Source: the human T2T-CHM13v2.0 reference genome, Homo sapiens. Taken from it: a stretch of DNA of 64,000 bases. Positions 14,830 to 26,146 of the stretch are shown one piece after another (the first letter of the stretch is position 1; each line of letters starts with the position of its first letter). The notes under the pieces were generated by a model, which saw nothing but the letters and a program-made list of their open reading frames with translations, ran no database searches and had not been told where the DNA came from. Location: NCBI RefSeq assembly GCF_009914755.1, contig NC_060930.1. One strand, 5' to 3'. The position numbers and the translations under genes are program-made.

Positions 14830-15678
14830 CAACCCCATCAAAAAGTGGGCAAAAGGTATGAACAGGCACTTCTCAAAAGAAGACATTTATGCAGCCAAAA
14901 GACACATGAAAAAATCCTCATCATCACTGGCCATCAGAGAAATGCAAATCAAAACCACAAGGAGATACCATCTCACACCAGTTAGAATGGCAATCATTAA
15001 AAAGTCAGGAAACAACAGGTGCTGGAGAGGATGTGGAGAAATAGGAACACTTTTACACTGTTGGTGGGACTGTAAACTAGTTCAACCATTGTGGAAGTCA
15101 GTGTGGTGATTCCTCAGGGATCTAGAACTAGAAATACCATTTGACCCAGCCATCCCATTACTGGGTATATACCCAAAGGACTCTAAATCATGCTGCTATA
15201 AAGACACATGCACACGTATATTTATTGTGGCACTATTCACAATAGCAAAGACTTGGAACCAACCCAAATGTCCAACAACGATAGACTGGATTAAGAAAAT
15301 GTGGCACATATACACCATGGAATACTATGCAGCCATAAAAAATGATGAGTTCATGTCCTTTGTAGGGACATGGGTGAAATTGGAAATCATCATTCTCAGT
15401 AAACTATCGCAAGGACAAAAAACCAAACACTGCATGTTCTCACTCATAGATGGGAACTGAACAATGAAAACACAGGGACACAGGAAGGGGAACATCACAC
15501 TCTGGGGACTGTTGTGGGGTGGGGGGAGAGGGGAGGGATAGCATTAGGAGATGTATCTAATGCTAAATGACGAGTTAATCGGTGCAGCACACCAGCATGG
15601 CACATGTATACATATGTAACTAACCTGCACATTGTGCACATGTACATTAAAACTTAAAGTATACTAATAAAAAAAAAA
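14830..15678 (+). mobile_element. 5'-truncated L1PA (L1PA2-4-like) 3' end inserted in HERV9
   Basis: ORF2 C-terminus ([14 protein letters not shown]...GTLLHCWW), 3' UTR with G-rich tract, AATAAA and poly-A. No clear TSD. Confidence 0.93.
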
Positions 15679-15679
15679 T

Positions 15680-16290
15680 TTCTGTCTACCCAGCCAAGGC
15701 ATATTCTTCTTATGTGGAACTTCAACCAATATCTGCCTCTCAGACAGTTTACAAGAAATAACAAAATTGATCCTTACTCTACAATCCCAAATAGACTCTT
15801 TGGCAGCAGTGACTTTCCAAAACCACCGAGGCCTAGACCTCCTTGCTGTGGAGAAAGGAGGACTTTGCACCTTCTGAGGGGAAAAGTGTTGTTTTTACAC
15901 TAACCAGTCAGGGATAAGTACAAGATGCTGCCTAGCATTTACAGGAAAAGGCTTCTTAAAGCAGACAATGCCTTGCAAACTCTTATACCAACTCTGGAGT
16001 TGGGCAACATGCTTCTCCCATTTCTAGGTTCCATGGCAGCCATCTTGCTGTTACTCACCTTTGGGCCCTGTATTTTTAACCTTCTTGTCAAATTTGTTTC
16101 CTCTAGAATTGAGGCTATCAAGCTACAGATGGTCTTACAAATTGAATCCCAAATGAGCTCAACTAACAACTTCTACCGAGGACCCCTGGACTGACCTGCT
16201 GGCCCTTGCACTGGCCTAAAGAGTTCCCCTCTGGAGGACACTACAACCACAGGGCCCCTTCTTTGCCCCTGTCCAGCAGGAAGTAGCTAG
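15680..16290 (+). pseudogene. env: HERV9 env remnant (mostly TM subunit)
   Basis: Immunosuppressive-domain-like LAAVTFQNHRGLDLL, CX6CC motif with a stop (LCTF*GEKCCFY), transmembrane and tail LLLLTFGPCIFNLLVKFVSSRIEAIKLQ (HERV-W/syncytin-1-like family). Confidence 0.88.
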
Positions 16291-16336
16291 AGTGGTCATC
16301 GGCCAAATTCCCAACAGCAGTTGGGGTGTCTTGTTT

Positions 16337-16346
16337 AGAGGGGGGA
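16337..16346 (+). other. Polypurine tract
   Basis: AGAGGGGGGA immediately before the 3' LTR. Confidence 0.85.
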
Positions 16347-16347
16347 T

Positions 16348-17457
16348 TGAGAGGTGACAATGTGCTAGCAGCCCTCGTGCACTCTCGGCACCTCCTCAGC
16401 CTCAGCATCCACTCTGGCCACACTTGAGGAGCCCTTCAACCCACCACTGTGCTGTGGGGGCCCCTCTCTGGGCTGGCCGAGGCTGGAGCCGGCTCCCTCT
16501 GCTCGTGGGGAGGTGTGGAGGGAGAGGCACAGGAGGGAGCCAGGGCTGTGTGCAGCACTCATGGGCTGGCTCGGGTTCTGGGTGGGCACTAGCTTGGTGG
16601 TGGGCCCCGCACTCCACGTGGCCAGCCGGTGCCTGCTTGGTTTGATCAGGAGATGAGCTCCCTCTGGGCTACTGGAGTGCCCAGGCTAGGTGCCACAAAG
16701 TCCTGCAGTGAGTGCCATTGAGAGGTGAAGCTGGCTGGGCTTCTGGGTTGGGTGGGGACCTGGAGAACTTTTCTGTCTAGCTAAAGGTTTGTAAATGCAC
16801 CAATCAGCACTTGGTGTCTAGCTAAAGGATTGTAAATGCACCAATCAGTGCTCTGTGTCTAGCTAAAGGTTTGTAAATGCACCAATCAGCGCTCTGTCAA
16901 AACGGACCAATCAGCTCTCTGTAAAATGGACCAATCAGCTCTCTGTAAAATGGACCAATCAGTAGGATGTGGGTGGGGCCAGATAAGGGAATAAAAGCCG
17001 GCCACCTGAGCTGGCAGCGGCAACCTGCCCCGGTCCGCTTCCACGCTGTGGAAGCTTTGCTATTTCGTTCTTCACAATAAATCTTGCTGCTGCACCCTCT
17101 TTGGGTCAGCGCTGCCTTTATGAGCTGTAACACTCACCACGAAGGTCTGCAGCTTCACTCCTGAAGCCAGCGAGACCACAAACCCACCAGGAGGGACAAA
17201 CAACTCTGGACGGGAGGAATGAACAACTCCAGATGCGCCACCTTCATGAACTATAACACTCACTGCGAAAGTCTGCAGCTTCACTCCTGAAGTCAGCAAG
17301 ACCACAAACCCACCAGAAGAAGAAACTCAACACATCTGAACATCTGAAGGAACAAATTCCAGACACACCATCTTTAAAAACTGTAACACTCACTGCAAGG
17401 GTCCACGGCTTCATTCTTGAAGTCAGCGAGACCAAGAACCCACCAATTCTAGACACA
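16348..17457 (+). mobile_element. 3' LTR (LTR12) of the HERV9 provirus
   Basis: TGAGAGGTGAC...CCAATTCTAGACACA followed by the TSD GGTT. Confidence 0.95.
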
Positions 17458-18869
17458 GGTTTAACTTTGAGCTTGTTTCATGAAAAGATGCATTTAGGAT
17501 TAAGTTAAAGTATATAAGAAAAGTCATCTTAAGTAGCTTATAACAATTTAATTGATTTGGAACAAGAAGTATAAATGAAGGTAGCATCCATTTCTTTAAA
17601 GGTAGATTCACTAGTGCAATATGACGCTAAGTGATCCAAGATCAAATAGGTGGTTGGCCAAGAACAGATCCACTCATGTCTTGGTGGCAGTCATTAGAAC
17701 CACAAAGTCTTTGTTTGCTTTATAAAAATAGTAAACAGCATCAAAAAAAAAAAAAAAAAGGGGGACAGACTATAATGAATACCTGGTGGCAGAAATGGGG
17801 AATAAAGAGCTAAAGGCAATTCTTTATGGTATTAATTTGGAGGTCTTTTAGCCATGGTCACCTTGACTGGACTAGGCTCTCTTCAGGGTTCTACTAGTGA
17901 CTATTTCCAATTTCTAGTTAGCAACAAAACACAATAAATACCACTTTTCCAATCTCTCATTTTTACTCAAAAGTAATTAATGTGCTTAAGAAAATGAAGA
18001 ACAGAATCTTTTCCTGTAGGCTTGGAAAATCTATTATCTCTTCTTCAGTGTCAAGAGTTCAGTTTTCCAGCAGATTTTTCTCCATGTTACTTCTATTTTA
18101 GGATGAAAAATTTCAGTATAAAGAATAAAAAGCCAAGCAACAGTTATTTAATCTCTCTCCGTGGCTGGCTCAGCATTAGACTGATATTTGGAAGAGCAAA
18201 ACACATCTAAGAAGTACCCCCCAAAGACCACAGCTATTTATGAACCGTACTATGTATTTTTATTACTCCTGCAGAGTGGATGACAGAGAAAAGTCATCCA
18301 CTATCCGTGATGTGTGCTTGCACAGTGATTCTACCCCCCAAAAATTAGGCCCAACAATAGTCTTGTGTCATGAGAGTGACATAATGAGGTCAGGGCATGG
18401 AGAGACTCCTGGGACTCCTCCCTGGGGCCAATGTTTAAATTCTTTATCTTGTTGTGAACCACATATGTGATTGCATAAAGGAACGTGACACAGGTGCCTA
18501 TCTAAAGACTGTCTTCGTGCCCCATTACACATGCTCCCTAAATGGTTCTTGTTTACTTATCAGATTAGTCAAGATTATTGCTATGGATTATAGGTCCTAG
18601 AATATGTGTTCAACTACAGTGAATTTTTAGTGTGCTATGATGAATAGATAAAATGAAACAGGAAATCAGAAAAAATAGGAATTACACCTGGAGCAACTTT
18701 GAAGACAACTAAATAAGATTTACGTAACTACAAAATCAAATGTTTGTTCAAGAAAACTTGCTTTTAGAAGTTCCTGTTTTTTTTGAATCAGGTTGCTAAA
18801 ATATAGTGTAAGCAACAGCAGTGAATGTAGAAGATTTTTAAGAAATTAAACTATTTTTTCTTGGGTCAT

Positions 18870-20310
18870 ATCCTGTTTTTAAATTCCAGATAATTGTAGA
18901 TTCACATGCAGTTGTAAGAAATAAAACAGATCCCTTATACATTTTACACATTTCCCACCAGTTATAACATCTTGTGAAACTGTACTATAATATCAGAACT
19001 AGGATATTAACATTGACACAATCCACGAATTTTATTAGATTTTCACACTAGTATATCAATATGCAACAATCTCAAATTAAATAGCTTAGTTAAAAAGATT
19101 AAATATGTCTCAAAAAAGTAGTTTTACTTATAGTCATGTGTGTGTGTGTGTGTGTGTGTATGTATTTAGTTCTACACAATTTTATCACATGTGTAGGCTT
19201 GTGGTTCTACCACCATACCAAGATATACATGTATTCCATCACCATAAAGTTTTCTCATATTACCCTTCTATGAGGTTTAAGTTAAACTGGAAAGAATGCA
19301 AAGGTTGTATTTCAAATATGGATTGAAATTTAGAAGTCGCAATACACATATGTTAAGGGGAAAGTGAGATATACACAGACATACTTTGCATTAAACATGG
19401 GAATTGCAAATATTATTTACTGGCTGTTACTAGATTTTACAGGGTGACTACAGATAAAAAGGCATTTTTCAAATCAATTTTATAGATGTATATTTTATGT
19501 ACAATAAAAGGCACTTGCATGAACTGATACAAAATAATTCTGACAAATATATTAATCTATATAGTAACCATACAATCGAGATGTAGAACATTTTCATCAC
19601 CTTAGGCAACTATTAATTGGATTTATTTCACTTTATATTTGTTTGTCTGCACTAGAATCTCTTATAAATAGATTCACACAGTATGTGGTCTTTTGTGTCT
19701 GGGTTCTTTAACTTATCATAATCTTGTTGAGATTTATCCATATTGCTTTATTCATATACACACACAAACACAAATGTGTGTATATATATCTCAATAATTT
19801 ATTTCTTTTTATGGTAAGATGTAATCCTTATATTTATAGGCCAAAATTTGTTTCATTTACCTGTTGATGCATATAGAGATTATTTAAAGTTTTTGGCCAT
19901 TACAAAAAATGTGGTTATGAGCATTTGTGTTCAAGTGTGTGTGTGTAATAGATTTTCATAATGTAATTATTTAGACATAGGAGTAGTATGGTACATATGT
20001 ATAACTTTATAAAATCCTTTCAGCTATGAGTTCCAGTCACAAGAGTTTCAGCTTCTCTCCATCCTTGTCAACACTTGCATTTGTCATTTTTTAAAATTTA
20101 ACCTTGGTGTATAGAAGTAATCATTTTCACTTTAATTTAAATTGCCCTGTTAATGATTATTAGCATATCCTTATGTTCTTAAAAGCCATTGGTGTTGTTT
20201 ACTTTTGTAAAATAGTTACTGTCCTCTCCTTTAGTAAAGTGTTTGCTCAAGTCTTTTGTCTATTTTTTAAATTGAGTTGTATATTTTCTTATTTTGAGTT
20301 TTAATAATAT
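18870..20310 (-). mobile_element. Old L1M 3'-end fragments (L1MC/L1ME-like) with a (TG)n tract near 19137-19159
   Basis: GTAGATTCACATGCAGTTGTAAGAAATAA and CCATCCTTGTCAACACTTG-type antisense L1 3' text. Boundaries approximate. Confidence 0.6.
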
Positions 20311-21169
20311 TATATATTTAATATGACTTGGTTTTTCCATTTAAAAATATTTAAAAGATAATTGATTCTTAAAGGCAAAAATATATAAATGTAGGCTGAG
20401 GTTTATAACAGATGTGGAAATTACATTTATGCTAACAATAGCACAATAGATGATAGGTGAAAATTAAATCATATTGCTGTAAATATTTTACAGTTTATGT
20501 AAAGAGATATAAAATTATTTGAAGCTAGACTACATATTGTGTAATTTCATTTATATAAAATGTCTAGAAAAGATATTCTTATAGACAGAATGCAAAATTT
20601 TAGTCACTTCTCCTAGGGGAGGGAAGTTGCAAGAAGAAATTGACTGCTAGTGTAATAAAGGGAAGTATTTGGGACAATGGAAATGTTCAAAAGAAAGATT
20701 ATAGTGATATACGTTATTGATAATATGTTAGCTTGGGGTCAGTCGGCAATTGTTAGACTGTTCCTCTGTATTTTGGTTCTTTTCCTTTTGGTCTTATTGT
20801 AAGATTCTTCCATGTCTTTTGATATTAAATGATGTCATGTGACTTTCACCGGCCAATGGCATGCTATGTGTCATCTCCAGAGATGAGTTTTAAGAGCCAG
20901 TGTAATTTACCATATTTCTCTCTGTTATAGTGAACTATTACATTACAGATGTGTCAGTGAGTGAGGCGGGATGGGACAAACTGACTCCAGTCAATCCTCA
21001 ATAGACAGGTAGAGAAACAAGAAATAAGCTTTGTTACAAAAATCTACTATTTTGATGTTGTTACTGAAGCATAGTTTCATCTCTTTGAACAGAATAGTTG
21101 ATTTTGTCACAAGTATTCATTAGATGATTACAAACAAACAGATAAACAAATAAATACGTTATAAATATT

Positions 21170-21297
21170 TGTATTAATTTGCTAGGGCTTCTGTAACAAA
21201 GTACCATAAACTGAATGGCTTAAAAGAGAGTAGCGTATTGTCTCACAATTCAAGAGGCCAGAAGGTTGAGATCAAGGGTTAAGCAGAATTGGTTCTT
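21170..21297 (-). mobile_element. MLT1 (MaLR LTR), part 1, split by the L1MA insertion
   Basis: TGTATTAATTTGCTAGGGCTTCTGTAACAAAGTACCATAAACTGAATGGCTTAAAA. Continues at 30578. Confidence 0.75.
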
Positions 21298-21299
21298 GG

Positions 21300-21380
21300 T
21301 TTCTTTCCTTCCTTCCTTCCTTCCCTCCTTCCTTCCTTCCTTCCCTCCTTCCTTCCTTCCTCCCTCCCTCCTTTTCTTTT

Positions 21381-21420
<40 letters not shown>

Positions 21421-21809
21421 TTCTTTCTTTCTTTTTTTCCTCTCTCTCTCTCTTCCTTCCTTCCTTCCTTCCTTCCTTCCTTCCTTCCTCTCTCTCTTTC
21501 TTTCTTTCTTTTTTCTTGACATGGGGTTTTGCTCTTGTTGCCCAGGCTGGAGTGCAATGGCGCGATCTAAGCTCACTGTCTTCTCCGCCTCCTGGGTTCA
21601 GGAGATTCTCCTGCCTCAGCCTACTGAGTAGCTGGGATTACAGGCATGCTCCACCACGCCTGGCTAATTTTGTATTTTTAGTAGAGACAGGGTTTCTCCA
21701 TGTTGGTCAGGCTGGTCTCAAACTCCCAACCTCAGGTGATCCTCAGGTGAGACGGAGTCTCAGCCTCCCAAAGTGCTGGGATTACAGGCATGAGCCACCA
21801 CACCTGGCA
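21300..21809 (-). mobile_element. AluSp-like element whose tail has expanded into a ~215-bp CT-rich microsatellite
   Basis: GCTCTTGTTGCCCAGGCTGGAGTGCAATGG and TTTCTCCATGTTGGTCAGG. (CCTT)n/(CTTT)n at 21300-21516. Confidence 0.88.
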
Positions 21810-23263
21810 GTTCTTTCTTTTTCAAAATTTTTTTGTGGGCACATAGTCAGTGTATACATTTATGGGGTACATTAGGTGTTTTGATACAGGCATGCAATGT
21901 CAAATAAGCACATCATGGAAAATGGGGTACCATCACCTCAAGCATTTATCCTTTGAGTTACAAAAAAAACCCCATTACACTCTTTATTTTAAATTGAACA
22001 ATTAAGTTATTATTGACTATAGAAACACTTGTGCTATCAAATAGTAGGCCTTACTCATTTTTTCTATTTTTTGCACCCGTTAACCATCTCCACCTCCCTC
22101 ACACCTGCACCTCCATTACCCTTTTTAGCCTCTGGTAACCATCTTTCTACTTTCTATGTCTATGAGTTCAATTGTTTTGAATTTTAGATCCCACGAATAA
22201 GTGAGAACAGGTGATGTTTTTCTTTCTGTATCTGGCTTATTTCAATTAACATAATGATCTCCAGTTCCAACTAAGTTGTTGCAAATGGCAAGATTTCATC
22301 TTTTTTTATGACTGAAGAGTACTTCATTGTGCATGTACCACATTTTCTTTGTAAATTCATCTGTTGATGGACACTTAGATTGCCTCCAAATCTTACATAT
22401 TGTAAACAGTGCAGCAACAAATACAGGAGTGCGGCTATCTCTTTAATACACCATTTTTCTTTCTTTTGGATATATACCCAGCTGTGGGATTGCTGAATTA
22501 TATGGTAGCTCTATTTTTAGTATTTTGAGGAACTTTCAAACTATTCTCTATAGTGGTTGTCCTAATTTACATTCCCACCAACAGTGTATGAGGGTTCCCT
22601 TTTCTTCACACCCTCACCAGCATTTGTTATTGCCTGTCTTTTGAATATAAGCCATTTTAACTGGGGTGAGGTTATACCTCATTGCAGTTTTGATTTGCAT
22701 TTCTCTGATGAACATCTTTTCATATGGCCATTTGCCATGTATTTCTTTTTTTGAGAACTATCTATTCAAATCTTTAGCCCATTTTTTGATTGAATTATTA
22801 GATTTTTTTCCTATAGATTTGTTGCAGCTCCATGTATATTCTGGTTATCAATCTTTTTTTTTCAGATGGGTAGTTGGCACACATATTTTCTCCCATTCCT
22901 TAGGTTGTCTCTTCACTTTGTTGATTGTACTCTCTGCTGTACAGAAGCTTTTTAACTTAATATAATCCCATTTGTTTGTTTTTTCTTTGGTTGCCTATGC
23001 TTATGGGGTATTGCTCAAGAAATTTTTGTCCAAACCAATGTCCTGAAGATTTTCTCTAATGTTTCCTTGTAGTAGTTTCATGGTTTGAGGTCTTAAAGTC
23101 TTTAATCTATTTTTATTTGATTTTTGTATATGGTTAGAAGAAGGGATCTAGTTTCTTTCTTCCACATACGGATATTTGTTTTTTCCAGAACCGTTTATTG
23201 AGCAGATTGTCTTTTCCCCAGTGTATGTTCTTGACACCTTTCCTGAAAATGAGTTCACTCTAG

Positions 23264-23693
<430 letters not shown>

Positions 23694-24746
23694 TGATGCA
23701 ATTCCTCCAGTTTTGTTCTTTTAGCTTAGGATAGCTAAGGCCATTCTGGGTCTTTTGTGGTTCCATATAAAGTTTAATTTTTTTTTCTGTTTCTATGAAG
23801 GATGTCATTGGCATTTTGATAGAGATTGCATTGAATACATAGATTGCTTTGGATAGTATGAACATTTTTGACAATATTGATTCTTCCAATCCATGAACAT
23901 GGAATATTTTTTCATTTTTTGGTGTTCTCTTCAATTTCCTTCATGATTGTTTTATAGTTTTTATTATAGAGATATTTTATGTCTTTGGCCAAGTTAACTC
24001 CTGGGTATTTAAATTTATTTGTGGCTATTGTAAATGAGATTACTTTCTTAATTTCTTTTCACATTGTTCACTATTGGAATATAGAAATGCAACTGAATTT
24101 TATGTTGATTTTTGTATACTGAAACTTTACTGAATTTGTTTATCAGTTCTAATAGTTTTCTAGTGTAGTCTTTAGGTTTTTCCAAGTATAAGATCATATC
24201 ATTTGCAAAAAAAGATAATTTGACTTATTCTTTTCCAATTTGACTGCTCTTTATATCTTTCTTTCATCTGATTGCTCTAGTTAGGACTTCCAGTATTATG
24301 CTGAATAATAGTGGTGACAGTGGGGATCCTCATTGTGTTCTAGATTTTAGAGGAAAGGCTTTAAATATTTCCCCATTCAGTATGACACTAGCTATATGTC
24401 TGTCATATATGGCTTCTATTATGTTGAAGTATGTTCCTTCTAACCTTAGTTTTTTGAGTTTTTTTTTTATGATTAATGTATGTAGACTGTTATCCAATGC
24501 TTTTTCAGCAGCACCTGAAATTATCAAATAATTTTTATCCATCTTTCCATTTATATGATGTGTCACATTGATTGATTTGTGTATGTTGAACCATCCTTGC
24601 ATCATAGGGATAAATCCCATTTGGTCATGATAAATGATCTTTCTAACTTTTGTTGAATTTGGTTTGCTAGTATTGGGTTGAGGATTTTTGCATCAATATT
24701 CACTGGAGATACTGGTCTTTTTGAAATGTATCTTTGTCTGGTTTTG

Positions 24747-26146
24747 AAGCCATGTCTCGAGCTCTACCTTGGCCCTTTTAGCTATGGCTAGAGGAGCTGG
24801 GACCCAGGATACCAAGTGTCTAGACTGCACACAGCAGCCTGGGCCCTGAAACCATTTTTCCCTCCTAGGTCTCCAGGCCTGTTATGGGAGAGGTTGCCTC
24901 AAAGCTCTCCAAAATGCCCTGGAGACATTTTACCCATTGTCTTGGTGATTAACAGTTGGCTCCTCATTACTTATGCAAATTTCTGCAGCTGGCTTAAATT
25001 TCTCCTCAGGAAATGGGCTTTTCTTTTCTATTGCATTGTCAGGCTGCAAATTTTCTGAACGTTTATGCTGTTTCCCTTTTAAAATTGAATGCTTTTAACA
25101 GCATCCAAGTCACCTCTTGAATGCTTTGCTGCTTAGAAATTTCTTCTGCCAGATACCCTAAATCATCTCTCTCAAGTTCAAAGTTCTGCAAATCTCTAAA
25201 GCAGGGGTAAAATGCCACCAGTCTCTTTACTATAACATAGCAAGAGTGACCTTTACTCCAGTTTCCAACGACTTCCTCATCTCCATCTGAGACCACCTCA
25301 ACTGGAATTTCATGGTTCATATTATTATCAGCATTTTGGTCAAAGCCATTCAACAAGTCTGTAGGAAGTTCCAAACTTTCCCATATTTTTCTGTCTTCTT
25401 CTGAGCCCTCCAAAATGTTCCAACCTCTGTCTGTTCCCCAGTTTCAAAGTTACTTCCACATTTTCAGGTATCTTTACAACAGTGTTCCACTGCCGGTACC
25501 AATTTACTGTATTAGTTTGCTTTCATGCTGCTGATAAATACATACCTGAGACTGGGTAATTTATAAGAAAAGGAGGTTTTTAGCACTTTGGGAAGCCAAG
25601 GTGGGTAGATCATGGTGTCAGGAGTTTGAGACCAGCCTGATCAACACGGTGAAATCCTGTCTCTACTAATAATACAAAAGTTAGCCGGGCATGGTGCCAG
25701 ACACCTGTAAACCCAGCTACTCAGGAGGCTGAGGCAGGAGAATCACTTGAACTCAGGAGGCAGAGGCTGCAGTGACCCAAGATCACAACATTACACTCCA
25801 GCCTGGGTGACAGAGCGAGGCTCCATCTCAACCAAAAAAAAAAAAAAAAAAAAAGAAAAGGAGTTCTAATGGACTCACAGATCCATGTTGCTGGGGAGGC
25901 CTCACAATCACGGCACAAGGCAAGTGGCACAGCTCACATGGTTGCAAGAAAAGAGAGGAGAGCCAAGTAAAAAGGGGTTTTCCCTTATAAAACCATTAGA
26001 TCTTGTGAGACTTATTTACTACCATGAGAACAATATGGGGGGAACTGCCCCCATGATTTAATTATCTCCCACTAAGTCCCTCCCCCAACACATGGGAATT
26101 ACCATTCAATATGAGGTTTGGGTGGGGACAGAGCCAAACCATATCA
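24747..26146 (-). mobile_element. THE1 (MaLR): one LTR (25508-26146) plus truncated internal region
   Basis: LTR reads TGTATTAG...CAGAGCCAAACCATATCA. Internal ORF remnant EGSEEDRKIWESLELP..LLNGFDQNAD. Joins L1 ORF2 abruptly at about 24746. Confidence 0.88.
25582..25855 (+). mobile_element. 5'-truncated AluS nested in the THE1 LTR
   Basis: Starts AGCACTTTGGG, has a poly-A tail and a TSD resembling AAGAAAAGGAG. Confidence 0.88.

Noticed and set aside
15925-16194. Syncytin-like TM ORF
   Set aside because: Signal peptide and most of SU are deleted, there is a stop in the CX6CC motif, and frameshifts are present. Not a functional Env.
21250-21631. K/E/R-rich and F/L/S-rich ORFs
   Set aside because: Translations of the CT microsatellite in an Alu tail.
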